Shown in pieces: positions 1 to 12,469 of a DNA stretch of 64,000 nt; position 1 is the first letter of the stretch; the number at the start of each line of letters is the position of its first letter. The translations under genes and the position numbers were made by a program. This DNA comes from Euprymna scolopes (taxonomy: Eukaryota). Location of the stretch: assembly GCA_053919585.1 (NCBI GenBank), contig CM132800.1; one strand, given 5' to 3'. The notes under the pieces were generated by a model. The model had not been told where the DNA came from. It did not search any database and saw only the letters and a list, made by a program, of their open reading frames with translations.

Positions 1-329
1 AAAAGAAAATCCGATTGTTGTTCAGACGCAACTCGAACTGCAACCCTAGCTCCTAGCATTCTTACAAATCCGACTCGGACTCTTACTCCTTCCCAAACCA
101 CTGACTCTCTTTAATTCTGAATCTGGCTTTGCAACTCTGATAAAAAGATATACAGACGAAAAGTAAATGGTGAAAGTTATCAAGCGACCATAAGTGAACG
201 CAGCCATCGATTGGATTCAACAGAACTGTTGTTGTTTTTTTCTTCTTTTTACAATACAGATATTTTTACTTTAAGTTTTCACTCTTACTGACTATTACCA
301 TTTTCACAACGTTTCTTTGTATACTATTG

Positions 330-703
330 GGATCATCAAGGCCAAGAGCTACTCGAGGATAAGCGTCAATGAGCTGAGAAGGATTGCTAGCTTAAATATT
401 AGGAGTACTAACATTGATCAATACTATAAACTGTAGTTGATTACTTATGGTGAGGGTTATGACAAGAATTTGTTTACACTGGAGTTAAAGGCGATCAGGT
501 TATAATCAGCAGGGAAGAAATCCTGCACTAATGTGTTTCACAGATTAGAAACCTTTGCAAAGAAGGTCTGTCCATAGAAATTCAGCCTAACATTAAGCAT
601 ATAGAAGGAGAAAAGAAACTTTTTCAGTGTGACAGATCAGTTCTCATTGTGAATGTCTTACAAAAATTGAAGCTCAGTCGAGTACCTTCTATGTAAATAA
701 TGA

Positions 704-768
<65 letters not shown>

Positions 769-960
769 AGCTACGATTTTTTTTTTGTGAGAAAGAGGTT
801 ATGGCAAAGAAAAGATCCCTCATGCCCCACCAGATTTCAAATTCGATTTTGAACTCTGTCAAGGCAGGAAAGAGTTATGTGTGCATCAATTCTTCAGATA
901 TGGCAGCAATATTCCATTTTAAGAATTAGGATTGCATTTGAAATATGGCATTGTATAACT
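330..960 (-). mobile_element. Degenerate 3' fragment of a CR1-group LINE, interrupted by a (GA)n tract
   Basis: The minus strand near 895-935 reads KMEYCCHI, a CR1-group ORF2 C-terminal motif. The tail ATCAAGGCCAAGAGCTACTCGAGGATAAG (~335-363) recurs at ~27830, ~28020 and ~39680. Confidence 0.65.
708..766. repeat. (GA)n microsatellite
   Basis: Direct reading. Confidence 0.98.
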
Positions 961-1554
961 TTTATAAGTTATATTTTTTCATAGTCTGAAACTGGAAATC
1001 TTAAAACGGGACCCATTATTTAATTTACTTGAGGAGACTGTTCTTATTCGAGATTCCATGTCTTTTTTAATATCTAGTATGAGTAAATTTTTATTAAGTT
1101 CTTTCACTAGGGATTGGAGTTGAATCGTCAAGCTAGAATCTCTGGTGAAGGTATTTACAAAGGAATTAACAAGGAAAAGCATGAAGTGCAAAATGAGAGT
1201 CGTCAACTCAAGTGGATTAAATCATAGCATGGATCCTTTGTACTGAACCAAGACTCACACTAAAATTTAAAATCTTATAAATACTGAATGACACAAATGA
1301 ATAGAATTACGTCAGTAATTTTATTTTTCGTACATAAATTATTAAAAAAAAAATAATAGCTTCATCTACCGTTGATTTGGACTATTCAATAATTTTTTTT
1401 ATTTGCATTACTACAATTTATAATCCATTATTTTTTGATAAATCCTATTTTAATCACGTAAATTATTTACAGTTAAATGGCGATTTTATAAAATGTGTGG
1501 ATAAAATTGTATCCATGTTTTCTGCAAAATACACTTAGGCTCATTATTTTCTGT

Positions 1555-1590
1555 TTCATACGGGCAATGCCGAGATCCGGGTCCAGCTAG
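1555..1590 (+). mobile_element. Helitron-like 3' terminus
   Basis: CGGGCAATGCCG hairpin followed by CCGGGTCCAGCTAG. The same end motif occurs at ~49130-49156. Confidence 0.5.
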
Positions 1591-2753
1591 AATTAAATAT
1601 TTGCTCTCATTATAGTCTTTTAATCTGATGTGATATTTACTTTTCCAATTTTTAAATTATTTCGTCCAGAGGCTAGAAAAGGACACATTTTTGCTTGCTA
1701 ACTTATATATAAAGATATATTTATATATAAATATACAAATAAATGTACGTTATTCTTTATTATAGAGTTAATGGTGTACATTTTTAGTTTTATTAAGCTT
1801 ACAGCGATGATGGAATTTGATAGAATGTAGGGACTCTCGTATCAAGATCAACACTGGGAATTAAAATGGTGAGTAAAAGTCGCAAAGGAAAAAAAATAGA
1901 CAAAAATGACTGTTTTGAATGAAAGAAATGCTAAAATGCTAAATTCACCAAAAAGGTATCGGGAAAAACAAGGTAAATGAACAGAACATATTTGCATCTA
2001 TACAAATTTTCTGTGGTGTGAAAAATATTTTCAATTATCAAAGTATCCATTAAAATAGGAAAAAGTTTTGTTTTGCGTTTATAAAATGTTTACAGTGTGG
2101 AAGAAGACACGAGTGTTAGAAGTGTGTATGTTGGTTTATTTTGTCAGTATACATATGTGTGTTAATTCAGGAGACATTGTGTATATGTGGCCTTTGTCAG
2201 TGTATGAATATGTGTGAATTTCTGTGTGTGTAAGATGAGTAATCATCCGCTTCCCTCGGTCTGGGGGCTGAGCGTAATGCAATATTCATTGGGTATCTTG
2301 TTTCTGGCTATATTGGACTCTACCAGTGCATCACGCATGTCAAAAAACAAATCCCTAACAACATAATAAAACGAGACTAAACTATGGCTGTGAACCAAGA
2401 GGTTAAAGAATGACCCAGCCTACTACTGACATAGGAATCTCCCTTTCTTCCGGTTTAGAAGCACCCTGACTCCAGTGGAACAAGAATAAGTCGATCATAA
2501 TTTTTTTTACCAGTTGGAGGCTACAAAACTGACTCAACTGTCTGGAAATATAGAAAGGGAGACCTTCTGTGCTTTCTACGGCCCAACCTATGAAGCTTGA
2601 AAGATTTTACTCAATACAAGAATAATGCAAAACACATAATAAAAAGACAGAAATTGTTGTATAATCGCATGCTTTAAAGATATGAAAGCAGCGGAAGAAG
2701 GAGTACACCACCAAGATTGGTTCTCCACATGTATAAGTTATGAGACATTTTGA

Positions 2754-2888
2754 AGGAAAAGGTAAATCGTAAGCTAAACGTTTTGAATTTCGATTCTCGG
2801 TGTTGGCGCACGAGCATTTTTTAACCTTTTAAATCGAGTCCAATATAATATAATAATAAATACGAAACTTGCATTAATCAAAATATCG
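2754..2888 (+). mobile_element. Internal fragment of the Helitron-like family seen at 7142-7631
   Basis: Aligns by eye to ~7436-7585 (GTAAATCRTAAGCTAAACGTTTTG...AAATACGAAA..TGCATTAATCAAAATATC). Confidence 0.8.
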
Positions 2889-3123
2889 CTTAGCGTAGCC
2901 ATATATTTTTATTTTATAAGTGTGTATTTTTTTAGAGTACACTTGTTATTCATACCTTAATTGCATTTTTCTCTCGATCTCAAGTCAAGACAGTTAATAT
3001 AAAATTTCTGGATACTCATACAGCCACAACTGTAATACCAATTCTAGGATTTCATCAACACATTCAGTGCAATCCTGTACTGTTTATTTAATGAATGATA
3101 GATTTTTGCTGCTCTGTCTGCAG

Positions 3124-3224
3124 GTGATCTTTGCAAATGTCTTCACATCAAATCCCCGGATGTCTATACTTCCGACCAGTTGAGTGATAATGTCAATCAG
3201 CTGAGTGTTATTTATTCTGACCAG
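3124..3224 (+). CDS. Candidate exon of an unknown host gene (unverified)
   Basis: Acceptor tttttgctgctctgtctgcag and donor CAG|gtatta. Open frame (G)DLCKCLHIKSPDVYTSDQLSDNVNQLSVIYSDQ. No recognised homology. Confidence 0.25.
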
Positions 3225-3703
3225 GTATTATGTCTGATACTCTAAACCCGATATTCAATAACTATTCTAAGTAGACACAATTACATATTTATACTATCCG
3301 AACTTAGTTTAAATCAAATACGTTCTATTTACGAATTCTTATTTTTTACAAAAATATTAGTGCTTTTCGTATGCAGACACTAACATTAAAACACGCTCTT
3401 ATCTTTGCTAAACTGTTAAGTCAACCTTAAAAAGAAAACCCAAAACCAAAACACTCTTGTATAGAGCACTTCTTACTTATACCAGATAATAATAGCTTAA
3501 AATGACAAGAGGGAAACTTAACTTCAATTTCTACTCATCGTTACTCCCTAGCTTTCGACTTTTTTCCTTTTTACCTTTTATGTTGCCTGCAGCTAAGTTA
3601 CAAACAGTGACATCAGAATGTTGGATTGCACACATTTTGTTTCCTTTCTTTCCATATTTTTTGGTGTGGTTTTGTTTTTTGTTCTTGTTTCTTTTTTTTA
3701 CAG

Positions 3704-3798
3704 TTTAAATGTTCCAAGCTAGTAGCAAAGTTATCAACATCAATTTGCTAAAAGCATCTGTAGCAGACAGATTCTTCATTCACAAGAAGATGGAAAAG
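3704..3798 (+). CDS. Candidate exon (unverified)
   Basis: Long polypyrimidine tract ending ttttacag and donor AAG|gtaata. ATG-led frame MFQASSKVININLLKASVADRFFIHKKMEK is open to the donor. Confidence 0.3.
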
Positions 3799-3824
3799 GT
3801 AATATTGTTTGCCTGGTATAAACG

Positions 3825-4990
3825 GAAAACAGAGAAGATCTGGAAAATAGAGAGAAGAGGGGGGAATATGTGTAAAGGGTAAAGTGCAGAGAAAATAGCA
3901 GAAAAGAAAGTTAAGAAAAAGGGGGGGTAAGGATAAGAGAAAGTCAAAAGAAATTGATAGAGAAAATAGAGAGAAAGGGTGGATAAAGGAAAAGGGGAAA
4001 CATAAAGTGGAGAGAAATAAAATGCAGAGAAAAGGGGAGCAAGAAAGGAAATATGAGATAAAGAGGGACAGAAAGAAAGAGAAAGACCAAGAAATGGAAA
4101 TAAAAGAAAGGCAGAGAGAAAAGGAGGAAAAGGAAGGGAGGAAATTTCAATGCGAGAGAAAGAGAGGGGATGAGAAGAGAGTGGGGAAAAATTCGAGAAA
4201 TAAAAGTGGACAGAATAGAAGAGAGAAAGGTGGAAAGTAGGGAGAAAGCTGGAGAAGAGAGAGTGGGAAGGAAGGAAGTAGAAAGCATAAAGTGACGAAA
4301 TAGATAGCGAGAAAGGGGAGAAAGGAAAATAGAAAAGAAAAGATGGAAAGAAATGGGGAAAAAAGGAAGTGGAGAGGTGGGGAAAGGAAAGGAGAAGCGG
4401 AACTCAAAGTGAAGAGAAAGAAAGGAAATGGAAATTGAGAGAAAAGCGGATAGAAAGAGGGAGAAAAGAAAATTGTGGAATAAAGGAGAAAGGGATGGAG
4501 ACAAAAGAAAGTGAAGAGAACATAGAAAGAAAGTAACGGATATAGAAAGTGGACAGAAAGACAGAGAGAAAGGAGGGAAGAAATTTGAAAGTTCAGAGAA
4601 AAACGGAGGAAAAGTGTCAGAAAGAAAAGAGGGAGATAATAAAATGGAGATAACGGAAAAACAAATATAAGTAAAGAGAAAGATGACGAATAAAATGAAA
4701 CACAGAAAAATGGAGAGAAAAGAGGAGAGACATGAAAAGGGAAGAGAAAGGAGAGAAAGGGAGGTACGAATAGGAAGAAAGATATAAACTGAGTAAAAAG
4801 TTGATATCAAAAAGTAGAAGCAAAAGCTGGAGAAAAAGATAAGAAAAGAAAAGAAAGAAGAGGAAGAAAATGAGAAATATAGAGAAGATAAGTAAACATA
4901 AGAAGTTTATAAATATATTGAAAAATGGATTGGTGAATACAGGAAGATGAAAGTAAGCAGAAAAGGTTGAGGAGGAGGAGAATAAATGAA
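3825..4990. repeat. About 1.2-kb purine-rich (A/G) low-complexity tract
   Basis: The + strand is overwhelmingly A/G. This explains the F/L/S-rich minus-strand ORFs. Confidence 0.9.
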
Positions 4991-5009
4991 AACGTATGTG
5001 AAGAAAGTA

Positions 5010-5165
5010 TACGTAGTTGGTGAGGTTATTGAGGTTGTTCAAAGGTTTTGCTACCTTGGTGATACCATTGCAGCACAAGGAGGAGCTGTTGGAAATATGA
5101 TTCTAAGAGTCAATAGTGCATGAAGCACTTCTGCCATTATTAACCACCAGAGCGTTACCACTGTT
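5010..5165 (+). mobile_element. RTE-clade LINE reverse-transcriptase C-terminal fragment
   Basis: Reads VVGEVIEVVQRFCYLGDTIAAQGG...LLPLLT, which matches the RTE motif EVVDxFxYLGD. Confidence 0.7.
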
Positions 5166-5525
5166 GATTAATTGCATGAGTTAGGAATGAATGAAGCTTA
5201 CGTCATTCACTCTTAACTGGGACATGCTCCACCCCATGCTTCAATAGTTTTACTAAGTTAAAAAAATTTCTGGACAAACTTAATAGCTTCTTCATCAACA
5301 TATTTCCATTGTCTTACACTTCTAATACACAAACTGGTTATCCTCTCATCAAAATAACTTTATATGTTAGATAAAAAATACTATTGAACATTTGAATATG
5401 AACATTTCATTACAGCCACTCGGTATTTTAAACTAGTTTTCAACAATTCCTTCATCTTTGGTCCAGATTTACTAGCTCAGTATATGATTATTAACATTAT
5501 TAACCTTCAGGTATTTACAAAGCAC

Positions 5526-5903
5526 TACGAGTACTTATCCAATTTACGACCCAATCTCCAGTAACTTCACATCAGCATCTTCCGGTAGATTATATAAGCA
5601 GTTAGGAGATGTTGAAGCGATTAGCTAATCAGCTGTCAAAATATGACAACGTTCAATGAAAGCATGATATTCATTAAATCAATGGAAAACTGAAATTTCC
5701 CTTTCCCCGAAATAGAAAGCCATTTAACATGGAAAAAAAGGGAAGCAATTCTTAACATAGGAAAGAGGGAAGAATGCGACATTTTACTAACTTGTCTGCC
5801 AGTCTTTGTTTCAGCATCTTCTGGCTGCTTACATAACTTGTCAAAGATACCAATATGAAGTTGCTGGAGATTGGGTCGTAAATTTGATAAGCATCGAGCC
5901 GTA
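5526..5903. mobile_element. MITE with about 95-bp terminal inverted repeats
   Basis: Left arm CTTATCCAATTTACGACCCAATCTCCAGTAACTTCA... matches the reverse complement of the right arm ...TGAAGTTGCTGGAGATTGGGTCGTAAATTTGATAAG. Confidence 0.8.
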
Positions 5904-6369
5904 ATATTTAGTTTATATTGTTACCAGTGCAATCAAAATTCATACAACGTTAATATTTTGACAAATGACCCAACTAAAGGAATTTTTTTCTATTAGAAAT
6001 TAATCACTAAAAAAAATTGACTAAAAGCAAATTTGAATAAATTCAAATGAAGTCTTTAGATAGTGGACTGAACAGTTTCTCACACCTGCCAGTATTTTAT
6101 ATCCTTATTTTATTGTTATTCTTAAGCTAATTCTGGGTCATTGGTCACGTGTTAAGTTGAAAAGATACTGAACTAGAATTAGCTGAACCCAGCTTACAAA
6201 AAATGTATGAACAGCCCTGTTGAAATCCCCTGTTTTATTCCCTGTCACTAACTTCTTCTCAAAGAGAAGGTAAAACCTGAACAGAACCACACCTCAGCCG
6301 GACATCAACTAAGCTACTGTAAGACTGATTGTCGAGGACTTAACCCTGATGTGTCCTTAGGTCACCCTT

Positions 6370-6730
6370 CACCTGTACATACATAGAGTATTGTTGCAAC
6401 ATTTGTACTGGTGCACTATTCATGCTCCGTTCTTGACAGGTTGTAAAAAAGAATTCATAACTTAAAAGCTCCAACCCCTATCACACTGCTGTTTGCTTCC
6501 TACAAAATGTGCTTTGACCAACTATTTACACTTGTACCTCTTCAACGTAAATACATCCAGCAACGTAAATACATCCAGCAACGTAAATACATCCAGCAAA
6601 ATCACATTTCTTCACTGGAGAGATCCACAGAATTCTGCTTGCCTTTGAAATTCCGTCTTAGCTGTCTTTTCCCTGACTTTAAGGCAGAGATTTAAATGTA
6701 ACGTGAACAAGCAACAATTATCTTGCTATC
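6370..6730 (+). mobile_element. Degenerate CR1-group LINE 3' fragment with an internal 18-bp x3 tandem repeat (6543-6599)
   Basis: IEYCCNICTGA (approximately MEYCCHIWAGA) at ~6382-6415 and FKCNVNK near 6690-6710. Repeat unit CAACGTAAATACATCCAG. Confidence 0.6.
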
Positions 6731-7141
6731 TCCCCCCCAATTTGGTTACACTCATATAAATCTGATCCATATCACAGTATCCCTCTTTACGCTTTTATCT
6801 GAGGTACTGTTGTGAACAAAAGAAAACAATCAATGCTCTTACAATTTTTTTTTTTTTTGTGTCTTGGTATTTGTATTAAAAATACTTTTTTCTATTTATT
6901 TATAAAGAAAATACAATTTTGTTGAATATGGGTCGTGGAATTGCCTTCATCTGCAAGAGATCTAGCTAATTTGCATATTCTTTTAAACACTCGTTTAAAT
7001 TAACTCACTATTATTATTTTTTTTTTTTTTTTCTTATGAGATGATCATCTTTAGTTTACTAATACGTGTAATTATATTCATGCAGATATTTTACAGGATT
7101 TATACTTGCGTAATATTTGCATAAAAAGGTTACACATTATT

Positions 7142-7631
7142 TCTATATATATTTGTTTAAAAAATGTTCCTTAAGAGGAACTCCTTGTCAGAGTTTAGTC
7201 TGCAGACATGAAACTTAATACATAAGGTATTCAAACCCATTTGAAACTTTATATTTGGGTTTTAGCTGGGGAAAATCGGTGCAAAAGTGTGAAAATTAGA
7301 AAAAAAGGAATTTGCTAGATGAAGGTCGAACAATGGCATTACAAATAGGCATGCCTAATGTAAAAGCTATTGGTTCATGTCTTAATTTTTAGTCTTGCAG
7401 CAAACATATTTTTATAGTTCAGGCATTAACGCCAAAGGAAAAAGTAAATCATAAGCTAAACGTTTTGTGTTTCGATTCTTTGTGTTGGTGCATGAATCTT
7501 TTTTTTAACCTTTTAAATCCTTACTTTATATCGATTCCAATATAATATAATAATAAATACGAAATCTGCATTAATCAAAATATCATATTTAAGCATATTT
7601 TATGACCGGGCAATGCCAGGGGGTCTGCTAG
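7142..7631 (+). mobile_element. Non-autonomous Helitron-like element
   Basis: Starts TCTATATAT and ends with a CCGGGCAATGCCAGG hairpin plus CTAG|T. Further copies at 2754-2888, 42489-42890 and 47620-47704. Confidence 0.7.
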
Positions 7632-9311
7632 TAAATTTATAAAAAAGAATCATAGAAACTTAAGTAATAAAATAAATACACCAACTAAGTAAAGTGATCA
7701 CTCGTAATGATTCCTATAATGTTAAAATGATAATCGCTTTGATAAATAGGAACACATTTTCATTAAAAATAATGATTTTTCAATAAAAAACGTTGTTCAA
7801 ATTAAGAATGAAAATGTAAAACCAGGCAAGAAAAGATTAACTTTAGGTGAAATTTCGGAAACTTTTTTACAACGAACATTTCTTTTAATGAACAAAAAAT
7901 TACATTTCGACATCAAGTAAAACTTCTTCGAAATAAAATGGAAGAAGTGCAAAGGTATTTTTACTGCTTTTTTAACGGCGCATTTTTTACAGCTTTGATG
8001 TCAGTCTACAAAAATCGATTTTTACCGAACTCATTGACTATATTCTTATGAAACTGAAGAGATTATACTATACATATGAATAAATGTTGGCCTAGTTCTT
8101 GCCTCAAGAGAGGTCTAATATGAAATTTATATAAAGCAGCAAGCGTCCATAATCTCCAACCTCACTTCCTTTGATATAGAATTTCAGTAACAGAAAGCAG
8201 TTTAACGTTACAGGGGGCAATGGCGTGATCAAAAGAGAATGATAATATTTCAGAGTTTGCTAGAATAGTTGTCTCACCAAAGTTGAAGAGTACAGTTTAC
8301 TCTACTATTCCATCCATAAATAAGGTACTTGTTCTTGTAAATGATATCATCCTGACCATGTTGACCCGGTTTCATCCCCAGCAAATATTGTGTTTCTAAC
8401 CATCGCAGACCATTTTCACTGATCCTAAGCTACGATATAGCTAACTAATCCCGATTCTATAGTTGAAAACCAACTATGTTTAGCTGTCGTTTTTGATTGC
8501 CACGGCTGAGGTCTTCAACTGCCCACTAGCACGTTTGCAAAAATCAGATAAGAAGGAGAAGAAAGGCCACCTTAATGATCAATTCGCCTCAGATCATCTT
8601 AGATGGCATTAAAGAAGGGGGATAGCAAGGGTTATGAATTCAGTCATAAATGGAGAGAATGGATTAGTACTTGCTCCATGTGGTGGCATCCCAGAATGCA
8701 ATGAAGGTAGTCATTGAAAATGTAGATCACGCACTCTCATTAGCCATGTTTCATAACCAGAGAGAAGGATCGTCCACATCCTAGCCTGATAGATACACTC
8801 CTTTGGTAGCTTTTGAGGTCGTCTGTCTATACCACAGATGAAACATGATGTCCATTCTCTAGATAGCTAACAGTTGAACCAAGGTAGACAAATGATTGTA
8901 TGTGTCTAGATCGATCAGCAATATTGTGGAGTTTAAAGCCTTTATTCTCATTCACATGCCACGAGTAGCAGCTTGGTAGGGTAAGAAAGATGGGCTCATA
9001 CCTTTTCCAAGAGTATTAGAAAAAATAACATTCCAGCGACTTCACTTTTGTTAGCAAATAAATCAATGGAATGTGAATGTGCTGGTACTATCAGTGGGGA
9101 GGGATGACATTATAAATTTTTTCTTACATATAACCTTCGTAGTTTTACTTCCATGGATTCATGTTATGTTATTTCTATATTTTGTGCTATTCCTATTTCA
9201 TAGTTGGTCGGTGTTAATTGCTTATGTAGTTTTGTTTCTGCACTGAAGGATTTTACTTTATAAATAATTAAATGTTATTTACTCACTAGTTTTTACACAC
9301 TGGAAATAAAA

Positions 9312-9600
9312 TGTGATGATCCCTGGCGTCTGAGTAACAAGTCTCACCAGATTTCTAGTTCTCTTTACTCCTTTATATAATCATTACAAATCGTTTTGCA
9401 TTATTACAACAGCCAATTATTATTGATTTCTCATTGGCAATGACCAGTGGTCTTCTATAAAATTTGAGTGAAATCCAAGCTTCTCCAATTTGTGCACTCG
9501 TGAATGTCAGGTTATTCTGATTGCTTCCCTCCTCAAACTTTTCTTTCTTCTTAGTCCTTCGCAACAATTTCTCATGGGACCAGCCGAGGCTGATGCAACA
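9312..9600 (-). mobile_element. Putative 3' LTR of the adjacent Ty3/gypsy remnant
   Basis: TGT...ACA termini, minus-strand TATATAAAG and CCAAT, located downstream of a minus-strand integrase fragment. No TSD and no second LTR found. Confidence 0.35.
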
Positions 9601-9989
9601 ACGTGTGTGTGTTTTCTCTTTATGTATCTATGGGGGAGAAGCAGCTTAAATTATGAAGATTTTGACGGTTTCAGTTCTCTTTGAATTATGTAATGTTTTT
9701 TTTCTGTATATTTTATTCTATTTTTACTTACTTGTAGTTGGTCAGTGTTTGCTAGTTGTACGTGTTGGTTTCTGCACTCAATAATTTTATTTAATATTTT
9801 AGCAGTTTTAATCAGTGCCATACATTGTAAGGTGTCAATTTTCCTTTTGATTCCACATGTCTTTCTCCTCGACTTTTTTTTTCAAGTTTTAAAGAACTAT
9901 TCCTTTGTTCCTACAATTATTGGTACAATAAATATTTTCTCCATATTCAATCATGTCGTTTCAGTTATCTACCACATTGATTTATAAAT

Positions 9990-10210
9990 ACAAAACCAAG
10001 TTTTCAAGATATCGCATGCAGTTTTGGTCCTCGCTGACATCATTGGGGCCACTTCCACCCATTCAGTATATTGATCAGCATACACCATAAAGTACCTACA
10101 CTGTATATCACTTAAGTCAACCACCACTTATTGGAATGGAAATTCTGAATCTGCTGTTGACATCAAGGGCTCCCTGGGCTGAAATAGTGCGATCATGTTT
10201 CAAGTGTGAA
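9990..10210 (-). pseudogene. Ty3/gypsy integrase core fragment
   Basis: Minus strand reads QPREPLMSTADSEFPFQ*VVVDL...FMVYADQYTEWVEVA...CDILKTWFC, the gypsy PFQxVxxD...DxYTxW pattern, with stops. Confidence 0.75.
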
Positions 10211-10929
10211 TTACTATTGTTACCCCTGGAATTAATTTTATTTCTAAACATTTACCCTCCATTATTTTTTGCAGTGGTTGATGTGGACAATGTTGAATGT
10301 GTTTGATTAAAAATATTCAATTAGTCATTGTTTCAGTTCATGTCTGTTGGCTTCTGTCGGCTTGAACATGAAAAGTTTCTGGTTTCCTCGAGACAAACGT
10401 TATCCTTAGGCATGGGGCAATTCCTTCATGTTCCTCAAAGAGATATTCTGCAATAACGAAGTTGAGAAATTGGGAGGCAACTTCAAGGCTGTTTGTTCTA
10501 AATAAATGCCAGAGATGTTTTCTGGCACATATAATTATATTTCTTTTGTTTCCACCTTTATGTGCACATGACCCCCTTGATGTATAAACGATTATCTATT
10601 ATGCTCCATATTTAATGGATGGTTAACATGAGGTACCCCTCTGGGTATCCTAGGGGTTTCTAAATTTCGTGCCCACTTGAACACGTCAGACGCAGGGATG
10701 CAATGACAGTGCTGGTTCACCATTTTTTACAATGCATGTATGAATCTTACATAACCTTCAGACATCATAGTAACCTCCACTGTCACTGAAGGGGAGGGGA
10801 GTTCTGGGGCACATACCTGAAATTGCTCCCCAACCCACCCAAGGTGAGGCACATTTGCCGGCTATGCCTGTTTGTGCTTGCATGCATAAAAATTATCTGA
10901 GGTACTGTTAGTGACTTTCCACTTCTTGA

Positions 10930-11375
10930 TATTTTGCTTATGTCTTCCGTTCTAGACCCTCAAATTTATGTCCCACCACTCTGTAAAAGTAGCACGAGTC
11001 CAGCTGCTGGGCAATCCTTTTGACTCATCAACCCTCTTCCCACATCCGTTGCAACATTTGGTGTATCGTGAGATCAAAAAAGCCTTTGTCTCCTGTACTT
11101 GGTTCGACCTTTGTACACAAGATAGTGCAAGAGAGTATGTAGCATTGTTAAGGTAAGGAATTGACTTGTCTGTTTCCTCCAGACAGATCAACCATAAAAA
11201 CTTCTGCGCCAATATAATAAACAAAGCTACCACTGCTAGTATTCTCCTTTCATATTCAGTATTGCTCAATCCAGCTATCATCTGCCCGGCAAACATGCTG
11301 TCGGAATAGTTCACTTGCTGCTGGCAAGTTTGTTCGTTTGGACATTGAATTGGAATTCATTTTAAATAGAGCATG
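10930..11375 (-). pseudogene. Ty3/gypsy gag fragment
   Basis: ORF 10952-11314 reads NYSDSMFAGQMIAGLSNTEYERRILA...CNGCGK, a gag-like region with the start of a zinc knuckle. A protease-like IIYVPENISGIYL lies at ~10490-10545. Confidence 0.6.
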
Positions 11376-12469
11376 AATAGATTCTGAAAATGATGTTCTC
11401 TTACCCGCCCCCTCCACACCTTACTACTTATAAAAGAACACGCTTGTCCAAGTAGCTAGCTATATCACGTGATGACCGTTTTTATTTCAAGCAAAATCAA
11501 TTCTTATTTGCAGTCACGAAGGACGTATTTTAGCAGATAAGTTGTGATTTTGTAATTTCTTTTCTTTTCTAGATGCAAGTGCTAATATTATATTTATTTC
11601 AGTTTTTAATCTTTATCTTTATTTCATTGTTTTATTAATTGTGTAATAGGTTTTCTTGTGCAAAAATCTGCCGATTCTATCTGGCAAGTTCATTTTGAAT
11701 ATATATTGTTTTTTTGTTTTGTTTTTATAATAGATTTTTCTCTTCCATAAATGTTGTTTATTATATTTTCCAAGTTGATAGCATAAATAGATTAGGCAAT
11801 TGTATTCATTTTCAGTTAGTGAAAGGGGAATCTTTCATAATACTTTCTCTTAAACACGCCAAATGGATTTTAATTAAGTATAATACTTAATATTTTATTT
11901 TATTTTTTTATTTTTTTATGGAGAGTAGACAATGCATTGTGGATGCGTTATCGGCAACTCCCGTACTCTCGCTTCTCTTTATTTGTCACTCAGTCTTCAT
12001 TTTTTAATGAGTGATTTTTCTGACAAAGGGAGAAGAAAAAGCTGTTTTCTAGGTTGGCAGTATTTTGCATGAACAGCCACCAGAAATGTCAGAAATTTTC
12101 TGTTTCTATGTCTATTCTTGTAGCCATGTCATTGGTAAGGGTGCTGGAGATAAACGTTTTATCTGGGCTGATGTTATCTGCCTGATAATCAGGGACCCGA
12201 AAGTTGGATTAACCACCAAGGAGGCTCTCCTATCAGCAGGTGCAAAGTACTGGAGCTGCTGTATTGCAATTTGGTGAATGGATTCTGGACCACGCAGTAG
12301 CTTCTGGTGGGGCCTCTCGATGCCATATTAGTGGGTAATTGTTACGACTTTACCTTTTCATGTGCTACAAAAAAAAATATTTCTTCATTTCTATTTCTCT
12401 CTTACTTCCCCTCTCTGCTCTGCTCCAAGCAAGTTTGTCGACCTAGTCCACAAACCACAAAACTCTATT

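Noticed and set aside
3944-4810. 288-aa F/L/S-rich ORF resembling a membrane protein
   Set aside because: It is the antisense of a polypurine tract, and pyrimidine-rich strands rarely contain stops.
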